A DNA stretch of 64,000 nucleotides. Source: Alphaproteobacteria bacterium (GTDB taxonomy: Bacteria > Pseudomonadota > Alphaproteobacteria > CACZRW01). Below, in pieces: positions 9,520 through 19,637 of this stretch; position 1 is the first letter of the stretch, and every line of letters begins with the position of its first letter. The translations under genes and the position numbers were made by a program. A model generated the notes under the pieces. That model worked only from the letters and a program-made list of their open reading frames with translations. It was not told the origin of the DNA and did no database searches. Location of the stretch: the NCBI GenBank assembly GCA_017507765.1, contig JAFWAG010000032.1, positions 87,569-151,568 on the forward strand. Direction: 5' to 3'.

Positions 9520-11586
9520 GTGGGCTTAAGTCGAAAAGAAAAGGTAGTTCAGCAAATGGGCGTACGGTCAAAAGACAAGAAATCAGGCGGAACGGAACAA
9601 TTATATATCCGGACAAAGTTGTCAGTATCTTCGCTGTTTGGAGCTGCGGTTGCGGTGTTTTTAACCACGGCCGGAACAGCCGGGGCAGCTACGTTAAATG
9701 CGAATGCCGGAGTGGGATTGCAGGAAGATGCTGTAAACAAAGCTCCCACTCACCTTTTTGAGGCTAAAGAAAAGCCTTTGGTAACTTCGGCGTTCGAGCC
9801 TATGGATACCGACAAACGGGCAAAAAACAAAAATAAGAATAAAAAAATCTCAGAAGTAAAGTCTTTAAAGCCAACTTTGGTAGCGGCAGGAATGCCGATT
9901 AGTCAGGGTCGGCTCAGCTATACACAGAAAAAAGCCAAAATCGAAAAAGCGAACATCAAAACGATTGTTCGGCGCAATGAAGAAGAAAAAATCATCACTT
10001 CTTGGCTTAACGAAGACGCACTTCGTAAGCAAGTAAGCTATACGCCGAAAAAAGAGGCCGTTGTTACGAAAACGACTTGGAAAAGTTCTGCAACCGATGA
10101 TTTTTCCGTAGATTTGATTAAAAAGGCAGAGCCTGCTTCCATTATCGACAAAACGACACCGGAAGCGTTGTCGGCATCGGTAAAAGGTACGGTAAAAACC
10201 GAAGAAGCTCCAAAGGTAACCGTTGTGTATAATCCGGAACCAAAAGCGGCTCCCGTTTATACGCAAGCTCCGGTTCAAGCTCCCGTAACGCTTGCGAAAG
10301 CGGAAGTTGAGCCGGTTGCGGCTCCGGCTCCGGTTGTTCGGCAAGCTCCTGCGGCTCCGGTTTATCAGCAAGTGAAGTCAAATCCTTGGCAAACAGCAGA
10401 AATCAATGTTGCTCCGGTAGGAGAGCCGAAAGTTAGAAATACTCTTCCGGTTGCCAAGCCTGTGGTTAAAAAAACGGCACAAGAATATGCGGAACTTAAA
10501 CCGATAGCGACAACTCCGGTGCAAAGCGACTATGAAGTATCCGCTCAGGACTTTGTGCGTACTTTCGCTCCGATGTATGCGAACGGCGCAAGCTATGAAG
10601 AGGCTTGGGAAAATCGGCAGGAAGCTGCTTTGTGGACAGTGCCGAAAAATCATCAGGAAACAAGCGCAGCAGAAGCCAATCAACTTGTCGTCGAAAAGCC
10701 AACTCAGAAAGCTCAGCCTGCTCAGGCAAATAACATTAATAAGCATAAATGGATTTCTATCGGCTCCAATGTTGTTGCCCGTCCGTTGCCGGTTGTAGCT
10801 TCGGCAAAAGCGGCAGACCCGAAAGTGGAAGAGTTCTTGGGTAATGCCCAAGACAATAATGCTCCGTCTTGGTTGCCTACAGAGAATGCAGGCTTCTCCG
10901 GAGTTACCAATGTTGACGAGAAAACAAATCAACAGAAGAAAGCTATGCTGATGCCTTTGGCGCCGTTGGATTCATCTCCGGTAATCCAAGAAACCGCCGA
11001 AGTCGAGCCATTCTTTGCTTCGGCAGATGCGTCTGCACCTTCGGTCACTCCGGCAAATCGCAGCATTATTGATAGAGTTAAAGGCTTGTTCTCTGCGGAT
11101 AGCTCGGAAACCTCAGCACAAGCTGAACAGAATTATTCCGGTTCTTTATCATCTCTGTTTGCTAATCAAGCGGCAGAGGCTGAATCTGAAATGCCTGTCT
11201 TGAAAAAATATGCGAAGAAACGTCAAGAAAGCGCACCTATGCCTTCGGAAATCAAAATTACTTTCCCGAAGGGTTCGGCTGATGTCTCTGCAGCTACCGT
11301 TAAATGGTTAAAAGCATTCTCGGCAAAAGCGGCAAAAGATTCTCGTATGGTAATCGAAATTAAAATGAGCAATGTCGGCTTGGATATGCAAGGTCGCCGC
11401 TTTGCCATTATCCGCAATATCCTGACGAGCAATAACGTGCCGGCAGACAGAATTAATCCGGTTCTGACAACCAGAAATCCGGATACGGTTATCCTGAAAA
11501 CTTCCGTCATGCCTCAGGAAGACGGAAATATTCCGGTCATAGACGCTATGGGAGGTTCGTATCTTGACGCAACCCCTCAGAAGTGA
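9520..11586 (+). CDS. Pro/Ala/Val-rich envelope protein with a degenerate OmpA/MotB-like C-terminal domain; first gene of the pil-side operon
   Basis: 688 aa from the GTG at 9520 (an alternative ATG is at 9556). N-terminal hydrophobic segment SLFGAAVAVFLTTAGTAGAA. Long low-complexity region (APVYTQAPVQAPV...AAPAPVVRQAPAAPVYQQ). The C-terminus KITFPKGSADVS...VIEIKMSNVGLDMQGRRFAIIRNILTSNNVPADRINPV resembles the OmpA_C pattern (x-I-x-G..D.....N..LS.RRA..V...L...GV...RI). Confidence 0.55.
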   Translation: MGLSRKEKVVQQMGVRSKDKKSGGTEQLYIRTKLSVSSLFGAAVAVFLTTAGTAGAATLNANAGVGLQEDAVNKAPTHLFEAKEKPLVTSAFEPMDTDKRAKNKNKNKKISEVKSLKPTLVAAGMPISQGRLSYTQKKAKIEKANIKTIVRRNEEEKIITSWLNEDALRKQVSYTPKKEAVVTKTTWKSSATDDFSVDLIKKAEPASIIDKTTPEALSASVKGTVKTEEAPKVTVVYNPEPKAAPVYTQAPVQAPVTLAKAEVEPVAAPAPVVRQAPAAPVYQQVKSNPWQTAEINVAPVGEPKVRNTLPVAKPVVKKTAQEYAELKPIATTPVQSDYEVSAQDFVRTFAPMYANGASYEEAWENRQEAALWTVPKNHQETSAAEANQLVVEKPTQKAQPAQANNINKHKWISIGSNVVARPLPVVASAKAADPKVEEFLGNAQDNNAPSWLPTENAGFSGVTNVDEKTNQQKKAMLMPLAPLDSSPVIQETAEVEPFFASADASAPSVTPANRSIIDRVKGLFSADSSETSAQAEQNYSGSLSSLFANQAAEAESEMPVLKKYAKKRQESAPMPSEIKITFPKGSADVSAATVKWLKAFSAKAAKDSRMVIEIKMSNVGLDMQGRRFAIIRNILTSNNVPADRINPVLTTRNPDTVILKTSVMPQEDGNIPVIDAMGGSYLDATPQK

Positions 11587-11645
11587 TTCTATGAAAAAAT
11601 ATTACAAAGCTATTTTGTCTGTCGGGCAAAAATAGCTTATAAAAA

Positions 11646-11668
11646 AGAGCAGTATTCCCGCCTGCTCT
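11646..11668 (+). terminator. Candidate hairpin after the 688-aa gene
   Basis: AGAGCAG (11646-11652) pairs with CTGCTCT (11662-11668) around a 9-nt loop. The downstream tract is only weakly T-rich, so it may be an attenuator rather than a full terminator. Confidence 0.3.
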
Positions 11669-11743
11669 CCCTTAGTTTAAGGGCTTGGGAATGGTAAAAT
11701 GTCTTGATGCTGTGCAAAAAGACGCATTTGTTCGGAGAGTCTG

Positions 11744-12523
11744 ATGATTGACTTGGAGAAACATAAAGTTTTATTCGTATCAACCTTGGCGCTTGGTTCC
11801 TTGAGTTTGTCGGCTTGTTCTTGCCTTTGGTCAGGAACAAACGGCGGTTATGATGAAACCGTTATTGTCGATGAAAATATACAGGACGGCCCTGTTTTAG
11901 CCCCTATGGAATATAAAGCTCCGGCTCAGGCTTATAATGCTCCGACAGGCGGTGGGGTTTGGGTGGAAAGAACCAACTATAATGCGCTTGCGGAAACTTA
12001 CGGTCACTCTTCGGAAGATATTGCCAGCACTATACCGGTTACCGATGAAGGAATACGCTATGTTTCCATGTATGACCAAGACTGCGAAGATGAGTTCCGG
12101 TCGGCAGGAAGCACAAAAGTTTCCGCAAACGGTGCCGGAAACACAGATGGCTATGACGGAAACGGAACATCAGCATCCGGAAACGGAATGGGTATCCAAG
12201 ACGAAAATACAATAGATTTACAAGGCGCAGAAGTCGGTGAAATTGATGCCGAACAGCCGATTGAAGACTGGATGGCTCCGGAAGGAACTTCTTTGCGCTC
12301 TCTGTTAATGGACTGGAGCGATAGAACCGGTTGGAAAGTTATTTGGAAAAGCGATCGGGAATATGTTTTGGAAGCCGGCGCAATGTTCAGAGGTCGCTAT
12401 ATGGACGTAACATCGGCTTTGGTGCGCACCTTTGCCAGAGCAAGACCTGCTCCGATAGCAACCTTCTATAAAGGTAATAAAGTGTTGGTTGTAACCACAT
12501 TGGAGGACGAGAATGCGGATTAA
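11744..12523 (+). CDS. pilL: PilL-like lipoprotein with a TcpQ-type C-terminal domain (type IVb pilus)
   Basis: 259 aa with lipobox LSLSAC. The C-terminus WMAPEGTSLRSLLMDWSDRTGWKVIWKSDREYVLEAGAMFRGRYMDVTSALVRTF matches the PilL/TcpQ domain pattern by eye. It lies directly upstream of, and overlaps by 11 nt, the secretin gene, as in R64 and PAPI-1 pil clusters. Confidence 0.6.
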   Translation: MIDLEKHKVLFVSTLALGSLSLSACSCLWSGTNGGYDETVIVDENIQDGPVLAPMEYKAPAQAYNAPTGGGVWVERTNYNALAETYGHSSEDIASTIPVTDEGIRYVSMYDQDCEDEFRSAGSTKVSANGAGNTDGYDGNGTSASGNGMGIQDENTIDLQGAEVGEIDAEQPIEDWMAPEGTSLRSLLMDWSDRTGWKVIWKSDREYVLEAGAMFRGRYMDVTSALVRTFARARPAPIATFYKGNKVLVVTTLEDENAD

Positions 12524-14144
12524 TTTTAAGCATTGTTCTTTAATCGTTGCGGGAACGGCTTTAACTTTTGTTTTGGCTTCTTGTTCTTTGGCTTCCTTGA
12601 CCCAAGAGACAGAAAACAAAATTAAAGAAACAAGCATTGTTACCGATAACGTTATGGCAAAATCTCCGATGCCGGAGACGCCTATTCCGGTTGATACGGT
12701 TAGAACCAAAGAAGAAATATGGCTTGGTAATACCAGTGCAAAAATGGCGGAAGGCGATGCTTTGCCGGCTCGCTTTGAAACCGACAACGCTGTTACCTTG
12801 GTCGGCAACCGAGAAGTTACACTGTTTGAAATTGCCGAAAGAGTTACCTCTTTAACCGGTTTACAGGTCAGAATTGACGACTTGCTTTTGGAAAGATTGG
12901 GCGGCGGCGGTTCGTCCGGCAGCGGGGATCCTGCGGCGGCTTCGACCCCGACAGAAATGGTTTCCAAAGCTACGATTTCTTATTCCGGTAAATTAAGCGG
13001 ATTGTTAGATCAGGTATCTAGCCGCTTTGCTATTTGGTGGCGTTATAAAAACGGGGTTATTACTTTCTATGAAATGGAAACCCGTATTTTTACCGTTTAT
13101 GCTCTGCCGACCAGCTCGACATTAAGCGCAGAAGTAGGAAATGACGATTCATCAGGCGAAGAAGGTTCTTCTTCAAGCGGAAGCGCAACGTCAAAGATGA
13201 CTTCCGAAGTCGAAATGCAGATGTGGGAACAAATCGAAGAAACGGTTAAAAGCTTAATTCCTTCCACTTCAAAGATGTCAATATCATCTTCCAGTGGTAC
13301 GATAACCGTAACTGCTCCGCCTGACAGCTTGCGTAAAGTTTCCCATTATATTCGGGAAATTAACGAAAAGCTTTCTCGGCAAGTTGCCATTACGGTTAAA
13401 GTTTTGCAGGTTTCTCTTAACAAAGACCATTCTTATGGACTGGATTTGAATGCGGCATTTAAATCTTTGACAGATTCCGACTTCCAGTTCACTTTGGCCG
13501 GACCGACTATTGCTCCTCCGACAGGGGCAGGAAGCATGACCGTTGGTATCTTTGGTTCAAACAATAAGTTTGGTGGTACGAATGCAATTATCAATGCATT
13601 GTCTAGCCAAGGTGATACTTCGGTAGTTACGACTGCCACCGTGACCACGATGAACAACAAAGTTGCGCCGGTGCAAATTGCCCAAAACCGTAACTATGTT
13701 TCCGGTGTGTCTTCGACTAAATACGAAGGTGATACCAATCCGACTTATTCTATTGAAACCTCTAGCTTAAATCTTGGTTTCAATATGGATATTCTGCCCA
13801 GAATATTGGATCACGGACGCCTTTTAATGCTGTTTAACATGACATTAAACACTCTGTTAGAAATGGAAGAGTTCGTAACTCAGGATAACACGGTTATGTT
13901 ACCGACAACGGAAACTCGCGGTTTTTCACAGGAAATTGTCTTAAAGTCCGGTTCAACCCTTATTCTTACCGGATTTGAACAGGCAACAACGTCTATCAAA
14001 AAAAGCGGAATTGGTTCGGCTGATAATATGTTCTTCGGCGGAAACAGAAGCTCTGAAGACGGACGGACGGTTTTGGTTATTCTGTTAACTCCGGAAGTTT
14101 TGGTTTCTCCATTGTCTCCGGAAACTCGGGTCAACGATTTGTGA
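12513..14144 (+). CDS. pilN: Secretin, PilN-like lipoprotein (type IVb pilus outer-membrane channel)
   Basis: 543 aa with lipobox FVLASC. The secretin C-domain is recognisable (VAITVKVLQVSLNKDHSYGLDLN...; ...GFSQEIVLKSGSTLILTGFEQ...RTVLVILLTPEVL). Confidence 0.85.
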   Translation: MRINFKHCSLIVAGTALTFVLASCSLASLTQETENKIKETSIVTDNVMAKSPMPETPIPVDTVRTKEEIWLGNTSAKMAEGDALPARFETDNAVTLVGNREVTLFEIAERVTSLTGLQVRIDDLLLERLGGGGSSGSGDPAAASTPTEMVSKATISYSGKLSGLLDQVSSRFAIWWRYKNGVITFYEMETRIFTVYALPTSSTLSAEVGNDDSSGEEGSSSSGSATSKMTSEVEMQMWEQIEETVKSLIPSTSKMSISSSSGTITVTAPPDSLRKVSHYIREINEKLSRQVAITVKVLQVSLNKDHSYGLDLNAAFKSLTDSDFQFTLAGPTIAPPTGAGSMTVGIFGSNNKFGGTNAIINALSSQGDTSVVTTATVTTMNNKVAPVQIAQNRNYVSGVSSTKYEGDTNPTYSIETSSLNLGFNMDILPRILDHGRLLMLFNMTLNTLLEMEEFVTQDNTVMLPTTETRGFSQEIVLKSGSTLILTGFEQATTSIKKSGIGSADNMFFGGNRSSEDGRTVLVILLTPEVLVSPLSPETRVNDL

Positions 14145-14152
14145 TGGTTTAA

Positions 14153-15499
14153 ATGGCTTTAGATGATGAAGAGTTTGCAGAAGATCCACTAGGAGTTCCA
14201 GATGCGCCGCTCGAAGACATAGGACCGGCAGAGGACGAAACCCCTTGGGGAGCAACAATGACCGTAGGAAATACGGTCTATGCCGCCAGTATATTCTGGC
14301 AGCCGTTGCAAGACCCTGACAATCCTTTGCCTGAAGTTCGGGAAACAGCGGAAAACGTCTTAGATAATTCTGATTTATATGTCGTAAGGCCTTCGGGAAT
14401 GCCTCAGTACGGTTTGGGTATTTCCAGTGAAGGACATCGTTCGGGAATGCCGGTCGCCGCTTTGGGACTGGTTGATGCTTTTTCCGATGTAGCATCTTCG
14501 GTTTCGGTATTTAAAGTTCCCGAAGGTTGGTGGTTCATCGCCGTCCGTAATGACTTAATCCTTTCGGAAGAAGATATGCTCTTCCAACGGGAGGAAGATG
14601 CCAAAAGAAATTTTATTTCCATGATGGCTGTTCCCGACTGGGGAAGAAAAGTTGCTCCGTCAGAATGGGGAATTGACGGAACCGAAGAAATGGATATTGG
14701 GGACGTTTTATCCCGTGGCGCAAAGGTAAAACTGCAAAAGCTGAAAACCGAATTCAGTCTGAAAAATATAATTTATATTGCGGCGATTGCGCTTGCCTTG
14801 ATTGGCCTTGGCTATTACATAATTTCCAATTACTTCGGCGGGGAAGAAGTTATAAAGGAAGTTATTGCTCCGCCACCAATCATTAAACAGATTATTGAAA
14901 AACCAAAAGTCAAAGTCGAAGAACCGATGCCTTGGGATTCTTTGGCGCTTTCGACGGAACTTGCCAATTCTTGTTCCGATGCCATAAAACTTTTAACCGC
15001 AAATACCGTTCCGGGCTGGAAGCTTGGAGATATAAACTGTAAAGTAAGCGGAGTGTCTACGACTTGGATGCTTGAATGGGGACGGATAGCCAATTTAAAA
15101 ACTGCTTTAAAAGTTTATGACATTAAAAATCTGCATTTTTCGGTTTCCGAAGACGGAAAAACCGCTGCGGGAACTATGCCGTTTAACAATATTAAGAAAA
15201 TACCTTCTCCTCCGACTTTGACGGCAAACGATGCCATGACGGAGCTGACAGATATTTTCCAAGCTTTAAATCTGGCGGTAACTTTAAGTATAACTAATGT
15301 CCAAACCGAACCTACCCAAAAGAACGCATTGCCTGTACATCTGTATTCGTTTGTAAGCTTTGCCTTTTCGTCAGAGCTTCCGCCGACAGATTGGGAGTCT
15401 TTCTTTAACTCGTTTGCTTCTTTGGAAATAACGGATATAATGTACAATCCTGAAAGTAATGTTTGGAGATATGAGGGGCGCATCTATGGTAAGAAATAA
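14153..15499 (+). CDS. pilO: PilO-like type IVb pilus accessory protein
   Basis: 448 aa with an acidic N-terminus and a single central TM (IIYIAAIALALIGLGYYIISNYF). Size and position (between the secretin and the PilP-like gene) match R64 PilO and PAPI-1 PilO2. The assignment rests mostly on position. Confidence 0.5.
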   Translation: MALDDEEFAEDPLGVPDAPLEDIGPAEDETPWGATMTVGNTVYAASIFWQPLQDPDNPLPEVRETAENVLDNSDLYVVRPSGMPQYGLGISSEGHRSGMPVAALGLVDAFSDVASSVSVFKVPEGWWFIAVRNDLILSEEDMLFQREEDAKRNFISMMAVPDWGRKVAPSEWGIDGTEEMDIGDVLSRGAKVKLQKLKTEFSLKNIIYIAAIALALIGLGYYIISNYFGGEEVIKEVIAPPPIIKQIIEKPKVKVEEPMPWDSLALSTELANSCSDAIKLLTANTVPGWKLGDINCKVSGVSTTWMLEWGRIANLKTALKVYDIKNLHFSVSEDGKTAAGTMPFNNIKKIPSPPTLTANDAMTELTDIFQALNLAVTLSITNVQTEPTQKNALPVHLYSFVSFAFSSELPPTDWESFFNSFASLEITDIMYNPESNVWRYEGRIYGKK

Positions 15500-16628
15500 T
15501 TACACAAAAACAGTTTTGGCTTCTTTTATATTTGCTTTTACGGGTATGCCATATGCAGCAGATGCCCAAGAAGCGGATTTTTCTGCTGATGCAATGTTTA
15601 TGGCTCAGGAAGGATTGGGAACTTTAAACGCTAACGAAGGCGATGACCTTTTCGCACTTTTGGATAAAGCTCCGACAGCTAATGCTCAAGATGCACAAAA
15701 ACCTGCTGATAAGCCGGCAACTCCGGCTCCGGCGGCAAAAGATGTAGCCATAGCAGCTCCGGCGGCAAAAGATGCGGCAGCGCCTAAGGCTCCTGAAGCA
15801 AAAGAAGTACCGCCGATGTTCCCTGATGAAGCTAAACCTGCCGCTACAGATGCTCCTAAATCTGCGGCACTGCCGGAAAAAGATGTGGCAGCTCCGGCAA
15901 CGGCGGCTCCGGCTACAGCTGCTGCAAATACGGAAACGGCAACAGCAGAAAAGACAGCAGATGCCGCCAAGAACCCGGCTTCCGGTTTTGCTGATGTTGA
16001 TATCTTCTCTGAAGAATTAAGTTTTCCGGAAGTTTCCGGAACGGCAACAGCTGCTCCGGCCGCAGCAACAAGCAAAACATCTCCTTCGGAACAGCTTTTG
16101 GGTACGGTTGATGCCGATATATTCCGAGAAATGGCCGCTATTGAACGAGAAAACGCTTTGCTTACTTTGCGGGCGAAAAGAGAAAAACTGATTTCCGAAA
16201 TCGAAAGTGCAAAAGCTCAGCAGAGAAAGAATCAGTTGGACGAACTGGAAAGACGTGAAGAAATCACCAGAAACCGTATCAATTGGGAAATTGAACAGGA
16301 AACTGCGGCATTAGAACGGGAAAAAGAAAAAGAACGGGAAAAGCTCTTGGGTCCTACCCTTCCTAACGGCGAAACGGAAGATGACATTACAATTATTTAC
16401 AAAGTGGAAGAAGTCCGTGGCGTAGATGGTTCTTTGTATGCCGTTCTTATCTATGATCAGGGAAGCAAACTGACAGTCCGAGAAGGATACGTTTTGAAAA
16501 ACGGTTATACGGTATCAAAAATTAACACTACGGTGGTGGAAGTTAAAAGAGGCGAAGAAACTGCTTTGTTAGCTTTTGCCAACAAAAACGATGTTGATTC
16601 CGGTTCATCTTCAATGGGAATAAGGTAA
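15486..16628 (+). CDS. pilP: PilP-like type IVb pilus biogenesis protein
   Basis: The track ORF starts at 15459; I prefer the ATG at 15486 (MVRNNYTKTVLASFIFAFTGMPYAADA signal). It has an Ala/Pro/Lys-rich spacer and a coiled coil. The C-terminus YKVEEVRGVDGSLYAVLIYDQGSKLTVREGYVLKNGYTVSKINTTVVEVKRG matches the PilP C-domain pattern. Confidence 0.6.
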   Translation: MVRNNYTKTVLASFIFAFTGMPYAADAQEADFSADAMFMAQEGLGTLNANEGDDLFALLDKAPTANAQDAQKPADKPATPAPAAKDVAIAAPAAKDAAAPKAPEAKEVPPMFPDEAKPAATDAPKSAALPEKDVAAPATAAPATAAANTETATAEKTADAAKNPASGFADVDIFSEELSFPEVSGTATAAPAAATSKTSPSEQLLGTVDADIFREMAAIERENALLTLRAKREKLISEIESAKAQQRKNQLDELERREEITRNRINWEIEQETAALEREKEKEREKLLGPTLPNGETEDDITIIYKVEEVRGVDGSLYAVLIYDQGSKLTVREGYVLKNGYTVSKINTTVVEVKRGEETALLAFANKNDVDSGSSSMGIR

Positions 16629-16672
16629 AATCGATAGTTTATATCCCGGTTTTCCGGGTAAGGATTATATAA

Positions 16673-18421
16673 ATGGCCGCTCCGGGAGAAGAAAACAGCA
16701 ATGTGCAACAAGGAGTGGGAGGACAAGGGATTCCTCCTGCCGGTCAGTCTGCACCTTCTGTACCTCCGGCTGCTGCACCTAATCCTGCACAAGCTGCAAC
16801 GGGAGCTGCTCTGGCTGCAAATAAACCACAAGCCCCGGCTGCGCCAAAAGATATGAGCGGTATGATGATGGAGCTGTTTTCAAACGGCGCCACCTGTGTT
16901 ACCGCCCCGAACGGCACATTCCCGATAAAAGAAGACAGCCGTACTTTATTGGCTTTGTTTTCAACCGGACGCTTTTTGGTGTCCGAAGCTCATAAGTTTG
17001 ACGGTCGTGTCCTTAGCTTTGAAGTTTTAGCCCGTAAACGACGTCTCCAAGTCGGTAAACCGGAATATGTTCCGCAATCTTATATAAACGCTATTTATGA
17101 ACGTGCGACATCGGCGGTTCAATCTACTGCTCCTTTAGGGGGAAAAGACAGCGAAGACCAAATGCAGATGCAGAAGGACTTTGTTACCGTCATATCCCGA
17201 GCCGCCGCAATTAAAGTTTCCGATATTCACGTTATCGTGGCAGATAAAACTACAATTATGTTCCGTGTAAACGGCTTGATGCAGACGGAAATAGAATACA
17301 GTAAAGACTGGGGCGAATCATTTGTTCGAGCGGCATTTGCTTCTGCGGATATTTCCGATGCCAACTATTCACAAAATGAATATCAGGCAGCCCAAAAACT
17401 GGGGGCAACGCCTTTGCGAGGCTCTAAAGGAAAGCTGATGCTTCCCAAAACCGTTCTTGGTGTTCGTTTGCAATTTAACCCAATCGCTTTCGGTAGCCGT
17501 TATCTGGTTATGCGTATCTTGTACGCTGATGAAGGAAGCGATAACAGCCTATCATCTTTGGGATACAGTCAACGTGATGAAGATATTTTTTTCCGCTTGC
17601 GCTCCATTCCGACCGGAATTGTGATTGTTTCCGGACCGACGGGAAGCGGTAAAAGTACGACGTTACAAAGAAACATGATTAAACTCTTAGAGGAGAAAAA
17701 CTACGAAGTTAACCTTTTGACCGTGGAAGATCCTCCGGAATATCCTATTCCCGGCGCACGCCAAATGCCGGTTACCAACGCAAATACCGAAGCTTTGAAA
17801 GATATGGAGTTTAACAAAGCTTTGGCCGCAACATTGCGTTCTGACCCTGATATTCTGATGATAGGTGAGGTTCGAACCTTATCGGCAGCCCAGCTGGCGT
17901 TTAAAGGTGCATTATCCGGACATAGTGTGTGGACAACTCTGCACGCTAACAGTGCGCCGGCAATTTTAATGCGCTTGCGAGATATGGGCATGGAAGCATT
18001 TAAACTGCAAGACCCCGGTATTATTAAGGGAATGATTGCTCAGCGCTTGTTCAGAAAGCTTTGCCCTCATTGCCGTGTGCCGGCTATTGAACAGCCAAAC
18101 CACCCTGCGGTTAAACGCTTGAACAAAGCTTTTGATACCTTTGGAGTAGACCAATCTTTCCTTCGGGGTCCGGGGTGCGATTTTTGCGGGCAAAAAGGCG
18201 TTAAAGGACGTGTGGCCGTGGGTGAAATTATTATGCCTGATGCTCATTTGTTGGAATTGCTGATAAATAACGAAACGAAAAATGCAATTGATTACTGGAC
18301 CAGTGAACTTGACGGGCGCACATTAAAAGAAAACGCTTTGGAAAAAATGCTGCTTGGGGAAATCGATATCGAAGAAATCGAAAGATGGTGTGGACTTTTA
18401 GATGAAAAAGCCGTTTACTAA
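16673..18421 (+). CDS. pilQ: GspE/PilB-family assembly ATPase (R64 PilQ-like)
   Basis: 582 aa with Walker A SGPTGSGKSTT, Asp box LLTVEDPPEY, Walker B PDILMIGEVR, His box GHSVWTTLHAN, and a tetracysteine motif CPHC...CDFC. About 60 aa of Pro/Ala/Gln-rich N-terminal extension. Confidence 0.9.
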   Translation: MAAPGEENSNVQQGVGGQGIPPAGQSAPSVPPAAAPNPAQAATGAALAANKPQAPAAPKDMSGMMMELFSNGATCVTAPNGTFPIKEDSRTLLALFSTGRFLVSEAHKFDGRVLSFEVLARKRRLQVGKPEYVPQSYINAIYERATSAVQSTAPLGGKDSEDQMQMQKDFVTVISRAAAIKVSDIHVIVADKTTIMFRVNGLMQTEIEYSKDWGESFVRAAFASADISDANYSQNEYQAAQKLGATPLRGSKGKLMLPKTVLGVRLQFNPIAFGSRYLVMRILYADEGSDNSLSSLGYSQRDEDIFFRLRSIPTGIVIVSGPTGSGKSTTLQRNMIKLLEEKNYEVNLLTVEDPPEYPIPGARQMPVTNANTEALKDMEFNKALAATLRSDPDILMIGEVRTLSAAQLAFKGALSGHSVWTTLHANSAPAILMRLRDMGMEAFKLQDPGIIKGMIAQRLFRKLCPHCRVPAIEQPNHPAVKRLNKAFDTFGVDQSFLRGPGCDFCGQKGVKGRVAVGEIIMPDAHLLELLINNETKNAIDYWTSELDGRTLKENALEKMLLGEIDIEEIERWCGLLDEKAVY

Positions 18422-18449
18422 ATAAATCTGCGATTGAATTGAATAGGAA

Positions 18450-19637
18450 TTGGCAATGAAAAGACGATTAAAACAACAACCGCAAAATTATAACCGCTTT
18501 ACAGAAGGCGGAGATGAAGATGATGCTCCGGTAGCAAGAAAACCTTCAACGATAAGTAATATGAGCCTTCTTGACCGTCTGTCAGAAGGATATGCAAGAA
18601 TAATGTGCCGTATGAGCGGTGAATCTCGTCTAAGAGTATATCGCAAGCTTATGTCTTTGTTGAAAAACCGATTTTCATTGATGGACTCTTTGGATCGAGT
18701 CTTTGACATTATTTCCAATAACGGTAAAAACCCAGGTGAGCCTATGGCAATGGCTATTTCAGCATGGTCAAGATCGCTGAGAAACGGTGACCCGTTCTCC
18801 GTTGCAATTAAAGGCTGGGCGCCAAGCCGAGAAGCTTTGATGCTTTCCACCGGTGACGTTTCCCATTTGGACGAAGCCTTGGAAAACTTGATTAAAGTTA
18901 CCGAAGGTTCGGCAAAAATGATTGCTCCGATGGTAAACGCAACTATGTATCCGGCGTTCTTGTCAATCATGGTGGTTATGATTATTTACGGTGTCGGTGC
19001 ATTCTTGGTTCCGCCTATGGCTGAAGCTGCTCCAGGATTAAGATGGACGGGTATGGCAAGCGACTTGGTTGTTTTCTCTACCTTCGTGCAAGAAAATTGG
19101 GTGTTTATATTCTCTATACCTCCAGTCGCATTTTTCGTTATCTGGTTCACCTTGCCAAGATGGAAAGGAAAAAGTAGAGCTTGGTTCGACCGTATGCCGC
19201 CATGGTCATTGTATCGAATCTTTGTCGGCGTAAGCTGGCTGTTAACTTTTTCGGCTTTGGTAAAAGCAGGTACTCCGGTTTCTAAAGCTATGCGAGCTTT
19301 AAGAGCTGATGCCAATCCTTATCTGTTGGAACGTATTGACCGCTCTTTGGTGTATATCAATAACGGTGATAATATCGGTGATGCTTTGTTAAAAACCGGA
19401 TATGACTTCCCTGACCCTGAAATCGTCGGTGACTTACGAATCTATTCAGAATTGGATAACTTCCAAGAAGCATTGAATAAAATGGCGAATGAATGGTTGG
19501 AAGAAAGCGTAAAGCAAATTGAACAAAAAGCGGCAATCTTAAATACGGTTGCAATCTTGTCCGTGGTTGCCATAGTCGGTTGGGCCGTTATGGGAACTTT
19601 CGAAATGCAAGATCAAATATCAAGAGCTATTGCTTAA
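18450..19637 (+). CDS. pilR: GspF/PilC-family inner-membrane platform protein (R64 PilR-like)
   Basis: 395 aa with about 3 TM segments in a typical T2SS-F arrangement. It lies directly after the ATPase gene. TTG at 18450 and ATG at 18456 are both possible starts. Confidence 0.75.
   Translation: MAMKRRLKQQPQNYNRFTEGGDEDDAPVARKPSTISNMSLLDRLSEGYARIMCRMSGESRLRVYRKLMSLLKNRFSLMDSLDRVFDIISNNGKNPGEPMAMAISAWSRSLRNGDPFSVAIKGWAPSREALMLSTGDVSHLDEALENLIKVTEGSAKMIAPMVNATMYPAFLSIMVVMIIYGVGAFLVPPMAEAAPGLRWTGMASDLVVFSTFVQENWVFIFSIPPVAFFVIWFTLPRWKGKSRAWFDRMPPWSLYRIFVGVSWLLTFSALVKAGTPVSKAMRALRADANPYLLERIDRSLVYINNGDNIGDALLKTGYDFPDPEIVGDLRIYSELDNFQEALNKMANEWLEESVKQIEQKAAILNTVAILSVVAIVGWAVMGTFEMQDQISRAIA

Noticed and set aside
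9865-10932. Minus-strand ORFs (168 aa, 79 aa, 184 aa, 77 aa, 62 aa) inside the 688-aa gene
   Set aside because: They lie antisense to, or out of frame with, the long Pro/Ala-rich ORF. Their Arg/Cys/Phe-rich translations are typical of non-coding frames.
12305-12967. 220-aa minus-strand ORF overlapping the PilL-like and secretin genes
   Set aside because: It lies antisense to two well-supported genes with clear family motifs. Its composition is low-complexity, with no start context. It is a shadow ORF.
15686-16075. 129-aa Ala-rich minus-strand ORF and 82-aa plus-strand ORF within the PilP-like gene
   Set aside because: They are artefacts of the GC-rich Ala/Pro-coding spacer, which reads open in several frames.
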